From Flavobacteriales bacterium (lineage in GTDB: Bacteria > Bacteroidota > Bacteroidia > Flavobacteriales_D > CAJJDF01): DNA of 64,000 bases. Positions 58,342-64,000 of the stretch are shown here, one piece after another. The stretch is from assembly GCA_018609055.1 (NCBI GenBank), contig JABAYJ010000003.1, positions 25,457 to 89,456 on the forward strand, given 5' to 3'. Made by a program: the position numbers and the translations under genes. The notes under the pieces were generated by a model. That model worked only from the letters and a program-made list of their open reading frames with translations, did not search any database and had not been told where the DNA came from. Position 1 is the stretch's first letter. Each line of letters starts with the position of its first letter.

Positions 58342-58863
58342 ATGTGGGAGTTTGAAACTAAAATAGAAGATTTTGGTAAGTCCAACAATTTGTGGGGCGG
58401 GCATATTGTGGTAGATGATGATATAGTTCAAGAGGCTAAATCAAAAAACATAAAACGATTCCTTTGTACCATAAATAACCAAGAAACCTTGCATTGCGCT
58501 TTACTTTCAATGGGGAATGGAACCTATTTTGTAATGGTAAATGCTGAGATAAGAAAGAAACTACATTTAACTTTTGGCTCTGTTTTAAAAATAAAGTTAG
58601 AAGAAGACAAAAGCAAATATGGAATTCCAATGCCCGAAGAAATGGAGGAAATAATGGCTCAAGATCCTGAGGTTGATAAAGTTTTTCATTCCTTAACTCC
58701 TGGTAAACAAAGAAGCTTACTCTATCTAATTGGAAAGCCAAAAACCACAGAATCACGCATTAAAAAAGCCGTACTAATTACAAGGTATTTAGCAGAGGTA
58801 AATGGTGAAATTGATTTTAGAGAAATGAACGAATACATAAAAACAAACAATAAATTATTTTAA
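58342..58863 (+). CDS. YdeI/OmpD-associated family protein (DUF1905 + YdeI-like C-terminus)
   Basis: C-terminal LTPGKQRSLLYLIGKPKTTESRIKKA pattern. The family assignment is from memory. Confidence 0.55.
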   Translation: MWEFETKIEDFGKSNNLWGGHIVVDDDIVQEAKSKNIKRFLCTINNQETLHCALLSMGNGTYFVMVNAEIRKKLHLTFGSVLKIKLEEDKSKYGIPMPEEMEEIMAQDPEVDKVFHSLTPGKQRSLLYLIGKPKTTESRIKKAVLITRYLAEVNGEIDFREMNEYIKTNNKLF

Positions 58864-58866
58864 TCT

Positions 58867-59148
58867 ATGACGTTAATATTTAGAATTGTAGCCTTTTTAG
58901 AAGGAATATCTTACCTGCTTTTATTGGGAGTGGGAGTGCCATTAAAGCATTTTGCCGATAACGATTCTTGGGTAAAAGGATTAGGAATGCCTCACGGATT
59001 ACTTTTTGTAGCGTATCTGATATTGGCTTTTTTAATTAAAGACACTCAAAAATGGAGTAACAAAGATTTTGGGATAGTATGCCTAGCATCAATAATTCCT
59101 TTTGGGACATTTTGGGTTGAAAGGAAATATGTTTCTAGGGAGTCTTAA
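58867..59148 (+). CDS. DUF3817-family membrane protein
   Basis: FRIVAFLEGISYLLLLGVGVPLKH...HGLLFVAYL pattern; 93 aa with 3 TM helices. Confidence 0.65.
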   Translation: MTLIFRIVAFLEGISYLLLLGVGVPLKHFADNDSWVKGLGMPHGLLFVAYLILAFLIKDTQKWSNKDFGIVCLASIIPFGTFWVERKYVSRES

Positions 59149-59698
59149 ACTCTTTTTGTCCAAAGGTTGTTACCCAATTATCATCAGAGACTGACATTAA
59201 AGTAAAAGTATAGGTTGAATTTGAATCCAAAGAAGGAACTGGATTCACATCTCTAATGTTAAGAGTAACATTGGATAAATCGTAAAAATTCCAATTTGTA
59301 TCCGCAGTATAAGTCCCGCTTATTAAATTTTTGTTGGAATCAGAAACCACATTGAAATGAATAACATTTTCAAATATTGGATATGGTTGCCATTTAAACT
59401 CTGGAGTTAACCCGATCTCAGTAATAGTTATTCTGTTTGGTGACCATACAGTTTGTTGAAAATCTACTTTTATGTGAACAGGGTCGCAAATTCTTGTTTT
59501 ACCATTTACTTCGTAAGTAACAATTCCCCATCTATTGTTGGCTTTTTTTAAAGGAAATCTTCTGAGGTAGCCATTGAAAACCGGAACAGAAGTTACTATT
59601 ACCTCTTGATATTGAGCATAATCCCATTCGTTAATGTTATTGCCAGCCGACTCGAAATAACGAAAATTAGTTGCTCCTTCTACTGGGTAAAAAAACAT
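59135..59698 (-). CDS. Hypothetical protein (187 aa); N-terminus possibly decayed
   Basis: The beta-rich ORF has no signal peptide at its ATG. The same frame stays open upstream except for TAG (59720-59722) and TAA (59738-59740). Confidence 0.5.
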   Translation of the reverse strand: MFFYPVEGATNFRYFESAGNNINEWDYAQYQEVIVTSVPVFNGYLRRFPLKKANNRWGIVTYEVNGKTRICDPVHIKVDFQQTVWSPNRITITEIGLTPEFKWQPYPIFENVIHFNVVSDSNKNLISGTYTADTNWNFYDLSNVTLNIRDVNPVPSLDSNSTYTFTLMSVSDDNWVTTFGQKEFKTP

Positions 59699-59856
59699 GG
59701 AAACTGGATGGGCTACATCCTAATGATTATGATGTTTTTAGTTATGACTTAATAGAGGTGGTTCAAGAATCTGGTAGTTGGGTATTAAAAATTCGTGTAA
59801 ATTATAGGAGGAATAGTTGTTTGGAAAAAGTAACTGCAGTAAAAAACTTTTAATTT

Positions 59857-59887
59857 AAAAGCATCAGTTAACCCTGATGCTTTTTTT
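59857..59887. terminator. Bidirectional rho-independent terminator
   Basis: AAAA-GCATCAG-ttaacc-CTGATGC-TTTTTTT. It lies immediately downstream of the comM stop on the minus strand. Confidence 0.75.
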
Positions 59888-59890
59888 GTT

Positions 59891-61429
59891 TTATCCTGCC
59901 CAATTCTCCCTATCTAAACTTCTGTATTGAATTGCTTCGGCAATGTGAGCTGCTTGAATATTTTCACTTCCAGATAAATCAGCAATTGTTCTGCTAACTT
60001 TTAAAATTCTATCGTAAGCTCTTGCAGATAATCCTAAACTATCCATTGCTGTTTTAAGTAGTGTAATTGATGCTCCATCAATTTGGCAAACCTCTCTAAG
60101 TTTTTTAGATTCCATGTGAGCATTAGCAAACACGTCTTGCATATTTTCAAATCTGCCTTCCTGAATCTCTCTAGCTTTAATTACTCTTTCTCTTATAGAT
60201 TCAGAGTTTTCTGTGTTTTCAGAACTAGCCAACTCATCAAAATTAACTGGAGTTACCTCAACATGTAAATCTATTCTGTCTAATAACGGTCCTGATATTT
60301 TATTCAGATATTTTTGAACTACTCCTGGTGAGCAAACACAATCCTTTTCTGGGTGGTTGTAATACCCACAAGGACAAGGATTCATTGCGGCAACTAACAT
60401 GAAACTTGCTGGATAATCTACCGTAAATTTTGCTCTAGATATTGTTACTTTTCTATCCTCAAGTGGTTGACGCATTACTTCCAATACTGTTCTTTTATAT
60501 TCAGGTAATTCATCCAAAAATAAAACTCCATTGTGAGCTAATGATATTTCTCCTGGTTGTGGAAATGCTCCTCCTCCAACTAATGCAACATCTGAAATTG
60601 TATGGTGTGGTTTTCTGAAAGGCCTTGATGACATCAATGCTTCATTAGAATCTAAACTTCCCGTTACCGAATGTATTTTAGTTGTCTCTAGAGCTTCTTG
60701 AAGTGTGAATGGTGGCAGAATAGTTGGTAATCTTTTTGCCAACATACTTTTTCCTGCTCCTGGAGGCCCTATTAATATAATATTATGACCACCTGCTGCT
60801 GCAATTTCAAAAGCTCTCTTAATATTCTGTTGTCCTTTTACATCTTTAAAATCAAGGTCGCTACTCATCAATTGATTGTAAAACTCTTCTCTAGTATCTA
60901 CAATCGTTTTTTCTAATTCTATTTCTTCGTTAAAGAAGTCAATTACTTCCTTTATGTTTTCAACTCCGTACACATCCATTCCATCTACAATAGCTGCTTC
61001 TCTTGCATTTTGTTTGGGTAAAATTATTCCTTTCAATCCATGTTTTCGGGCTTCAATTGCAATCGGCAATACTCCTTTTAGTGGTTGTAAACTCCCGTCT
61101 AGCGAAAGCTCTCCCATTATTAAATACTCAGATACTTTTTCAGGGTTTATTTGCTCAGATGCGGCCAATATTCCCATGGCAATTGTCATGTCATAAGCCG
61201 ATCCTTCTTTACGAATATCAGCTGGCGCCATATTCACAGTAATCTCCTTTACAGGGATTTTATATCCATTGTTTTTAAGAGCTGCCTGTATCCTTTGCTG
61301 GCTTTCTTTTACTGCACTATCTGGCAACCCGACCAAGAAAAAATTTACTCCATTGCTAATATTTACCTCAACTGTAACAATAGTTGCTTCTATTCCAAAT
61401 ACTGCACATCCGTAGGTCTTTACTAACAT
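59891..61429 (-). CDS. comM: YifB/ComM-family Mg-chelatase-like AAA+ ATPase
   Basis: N-terminal Lon-protease-like domain (GLPDSAVKESQQRI). Walker A GPPGAGKSMLA, FLDELPEY Walker B, and a C-terminal Mg_chelatase_C region. Confidence 0.92.
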   Translation of the reverse strand: MLVKTYGCAVFGIEATIVTVEVNISNGVNFFLVGLPDSAVKESQQRIQAALKNNGYKIPVKEITVNMAPADIRKEGSAYDMTIAMGILAASEQINPEKVSEYLIMGELSLDGSLQPLKGVLPIAIEARKHGLKGIILPKQNAREAAIVDGMDVYGVENIKEVIDFFNEEIELEKTIVDTREEFYNQLMSSDLDFKDVKGQQNIKRAFEIAAAGGHNIILIGPPGAGKSMLAKRLPTILPPFTLQEALETTKIHSVTGSLDSNEALMSSRPFRKPHHTISDVALVGGGAFPQPGEISLAHNGVLFLDELPEYKRTVLEVMRQPLEDRKVTISRAKFTVDYPASFMLVAAMNPCPCGYYNHPEKDCVCSPGVVQKYLNKISGPLLDRIDLHVEVTPVNFDELASSENTENSESIRERVIKAREIQEGRFENMQDVFANAHMESKKLREVCQIDGASITLLKTAMDSLGLSARAYDRILKVSRTIADLSGSENIQAAHIAEAIQYRSLDRENWAG

Positions 61430-61517
61430 AAATTATTTTTTTTGAATATACAAGATAAGAAAATTTAGATTTGTTCAATATTAACTAAGTAGTTATGCCA
61501 AGATGAGTTGAATAAGA

Positions 61518-62522
61518 CTAATCGTAAATAGCACAATTAGTTAGTTTTGCCCTTAATTTAGCAACTTCTAATTCTGTAATAAATTCGCTTTGATAAAGGT
61601 TTAAAACTTTTAAATTATCTAATTCCATTAATACTGAGAACTCAATTAACATGGGATTTCTTGTAATGTTTAAAACAATTAAACTGTCTAGATTCTTGAG
61701 CTCATTTGGTAATTTTTCTAAATTGCAATTACTCAGTTTTATTACTTTCAGGAATTTTAATTTGCCTAATACTTCTAAATTTTTTAACCCTAGGTTATCA
61801 TTCAAAACGGCATGAGTTAAATTTACTAAAGTCGCAAAACTTTCTGGAAGGGAATCTAATCCGGTCCCGTCAATTCTGATGTATGTTAAGTTATGTAAAT
61901 CCCTAACTGCAGAAATATCAACCAAGTTTTTATTGTCATTTAAGAAAAGTTGTTCTAGGTTTTTTAAACTCGAAACTTCTTCTGGAACTTTTGAAAAATA
62001 AGAAAAGGCTAAAGAAAGTTTTTGCAAGTTGGTCATTTTAAGCAATCCCGAATAATCTTTTATTGGGTTAGAAGATATATTAATTCGGATAAGACTTTTA
62101 AGAGACGCTACTTCTTCAGGGATTTTTCTAATGTTACAGCTTTCTATGTAAATCTCTACTAAACTATCCAATCCTTTAATTCCGGTAAAGTCACTCAGAT
62201 ATATATTATCTGATAAATTGAGATATCTCAAGTTTATTAATGTGTTAAAATTCTTAGGAATAGATCTCAATTTACATCCATCTGCATAGATAGTTTTCAA
62301 GTGTTGTAGATTTTTTAACCCTTTTATTTCTGTTAACTTAGAGCAACCTCTTAACCATAAGGTTTTTAAGTTTTTCAATGAAGAAAACTTTCTTGGGATT
62401 GATGATATACTTGTTCTACTCAAATTAAGGTTTTCTAGGTTCTTCAAGTTTTTTAAAACAGAAATGTCCGAAAGATCCGGATTATCCATCAGGTTTAGGT
62501 TCTTGAGGTTCTTTAATCCCAA
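61518..62522 (-). CDS. Leucine-rich repeat protein (track ORF; the reading frame actually continues upstream to 62837 with one in-frame TAA)
   Basis: About 14 tandem 22-23-aa LRRs (LKNLxxLxLsxxxxLxxIxxLxxL...IPxxF). The upstream in-frame sequence encodes further LRRs and a signal peptide, MRTKSIISLVLALSLYLNCYT-stop-SAQAKTW. Confidence 0.85.
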   Translation of the reverse strand: MGLKNLKNLNLMDNPDLSDISVLKNLKNLENLNLSRTSISSIPRKFSSLKNLKTLWLRGCSKLTEIKGLKNLQHLKTIYADGCKLRSIPKNFNTLINLRYLNLSDNIYLSDFTGIKGLDSLVEIYIESCNIRKIPEEVASLKSLIRINISSNPIKDYSGLLKMTNLQKLSLAFSYFSKVPEEVSSLKNLEQLFLNDNKNLVDISAVRDLHNLTYIRIDGTGLDSLPESFATLVNLTHAVLNDNLGLKNLEVLGKLKFLKVIKLSNCNLEKLPNELKNLDSLIVLNITRNPMLIEFSVLMELDNLKVLNLYQSEFITELEVAKLRAKLTNCAIYD

Positions 62523-62837
62523 TAGTCCTTTTGGAATTGAGGTTAAGTCACAATCTCGTAAAAAAATTGTTTCAAGATTGACCAGTGAAGATGATTCTAA
62601 AAGTGAATTAGAGATATACCTCCCGCTAAAACTTAATGATTTTAAGTTAGTAAATTGGTCTAAATCATTTGGGTCAGAAGATCTATAAGGGCCTAGAGCT
62701 AAAGACTCTATTTTGGACTTATCTGTTGAATCAGTAATTTTGGAATATTTCCAAGTTTTAGCTTGAGCTGATTAAGTATAGCAATTTAAATAAAGCGATA
62801 AAGCCAAGACAAGTGATATAATTGACTTAGTTCTCAA

Positions 62838-64000
62838 TTATTCTTTAATTATTTTCAAAGTTGCTCTCTCGTTTTCGCCAACTACATTCAGTAAATAAAT
62901 CCCTGGAGCTCCATCAAAATTAACTTCGTATTGAGCTGCATTTTGTGGTGTGATTTCTTTTATTAATCGTCCGTTAATGTCTGTGATGAAAATTCGGTTA
63001 AGCTGAGTTTGTTCTCCTAAATCTAGAGTAAAAGTTCCGTTTGTAGGGTTAGGGAAAAGAGTAATGTTTAAAAGTTTTAATTCTGTTTCCCCCACCGAAA
63101 CTGTTGTCAAAGCACTTTGAATTGCTGCCGTAGCAGTCACTTTTCCATGTCCCCAAACTGGACTTCCGTTTGCGGGGAGTACTCCTGTTCTGGTATCTTC
63201 TCTTGCAGTATTTCTTAAAATATCTCTAATCTGTCTTGGTTCAAGAGTTGGACTTGCTTCAAGCAATAAAGCAACAACTCCTGCGGTTGCTGGAGATGAC
63301 ATACTTGTTCCAGAAAAAGCTGAAAAATGATAGGTTCTTCCATTAAAAGTGGTGCTTGCTGCCGAAGTATAACTTCTAGTTGTGTATGAGTTGATAGAAG
63401 AAATTATTCCTACTCCTGGTGCCGAAATATCTGGTTTACTTCGTTCGTCATAAGTTGGTCCTACACTGGAAAAATTAGCAATACTTCCTGGGAATGCAGT
63501 TCCATTTCCTGCTACAACTTCTGGACTGTGTGCAGCAACCGTGATAGCGCTTTCTGTACAAGCTGGTTCTCCTAATCCATATAAATTATCTCCTGCAACT
63601 CCATCATTTCCATAAGCATAAAACTCTAGTCCCCAGTTTCCTACTCCATTACTTAGCTCCACAACATTCCAATAGTGAACAGTTCCAGTTGTTGCATAAG
63701 AATGTAAAACTACTCTCAAACTTGTGTTCGTATTCTTAACTCTCATTCTTTGGTGAGGGCGGTTGTTATTTGGGTGAGCAGAATCAATTGAATAATTATA
63801 AAAAACAGAATCTGTTCCTACTAATAAATAAGTGTCGTGATATCCATTATCCGAATTAGTGTTGTAATATCTTGAACTTGCAACTAATTGGTTAGATGAA
63901 TTGTAAACTTCAACTCTGGAATTAAATGGGTTAGCAACCTCTCCCCACATAGAAATACATTGTCCCCACATTGATGGATTTGCAGAATATGAATAAAATC
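62838..64000 (-). CDS. Subtilisin-like (S8) serine peptidase with T9SS C-terminal sorting domain (5' end beyond window)
   Basis: The frame is open to base 64000. Catalytic Ser motif SGTSMSSPATAGVVALLLE. The C-terminal tail LFPNPTNGTFTLDL...GIYLLNVVGENERATLKIIKE is a type-A Por secretion domain. Confidence 0.88.
   Translation of the reverse strand, partial: FYSYSANPSMWGQCISMWGEVANPFNSRVEVYNSSNQLVASSRYYNTNSDNGYHDTYLLVGTDSVFYNYSIDSAHPNNNRPHQRMRVKNTNTSLRVVLHSYATTGTVHYWNVVELSNGVGNWGLEFYAYGNDGVAGDNLYGLGEPACTESAITVAAHSPEVVAGNGTAFPGSIANFSSVGPTYDERSKPDISAPGVGIISSINSYTTRSYTSAASTTFNGRTYHFSAFSGTSMSSPATAGVVALLLEASPTLEPRQIRDILRNTAREDTRTGVLPANGSPVWGHGKVTATAAIQSALTTVSVGETELKLLNITLFPNPTNGTFTLDLGEQTQLNRIFITDINGRLIKEITPQNAAQYEVNFDGAPGIYLLNVVGENERATLKIIKE

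Noticed and set aside
59671-59853. A 60-aa plus-strand ORF ending at the bidirectional terminator.
   Set aside because: It starts at a TTG inside the convergent 187-aa gene. It has no recognisable motif and mirrors the open frame on the other strand. I did not call it as a gene and mention it only in the finding for this region.

Overview
This is a low-GC chromosomal segment that looks like a Bacteroidota (Flavobacteriia-type) genome. The evidence is two proteins with T9SS C-terminal sorting domains, many lipoprotein and TonB-type outer-membrane genes, TAnnTTTG-type -7 promoter boxes, and essentially no Shine-Dalgarno sequences. I support about 62 protein-coding genes, mostly housekeeping: mgtE, rfbA, ruvC, glyQS, pheS, metH, rpsP-rimM, groES-groEL, acs, msrA, pepD, mpl, crcB and comM. 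I saw no rRNA, tRNA, CRISPR array, transposase or integrase. The most interesting points are listed below.

1. A SAM-I riboswitch controls a split methionine-synthase operon. A QueF-like T-fold gene that lacks the catalytic cysteine sits between the two metH halves.
2. A possible phosphate-acquisition locus contains an OmpR-type regulator, a TonB receptor, a beta-helix-like lipoprotein, an O/P-type porin and a Na/Pi cotransporter with an extra N-terminal domain. Two of its promoter regions share an almost identical 8-3-8 direct-repeat box (TTAACATT-N3-TTAATATT-nAAC).
3. A family of short intergenic hairpin repeats begins with GCTGTCAT.
4. Four accessory genes are interrupted by a single frameshift or by in-frame stop codons close to their N-termini.
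5. There are candidate operators for a GbsR-like and a MarR-like regulator, and a sigma-54-like / palindromic element upstream of groES.

All functional calls come from reading the translated ORFs and recalling family motifs. No database search was run.
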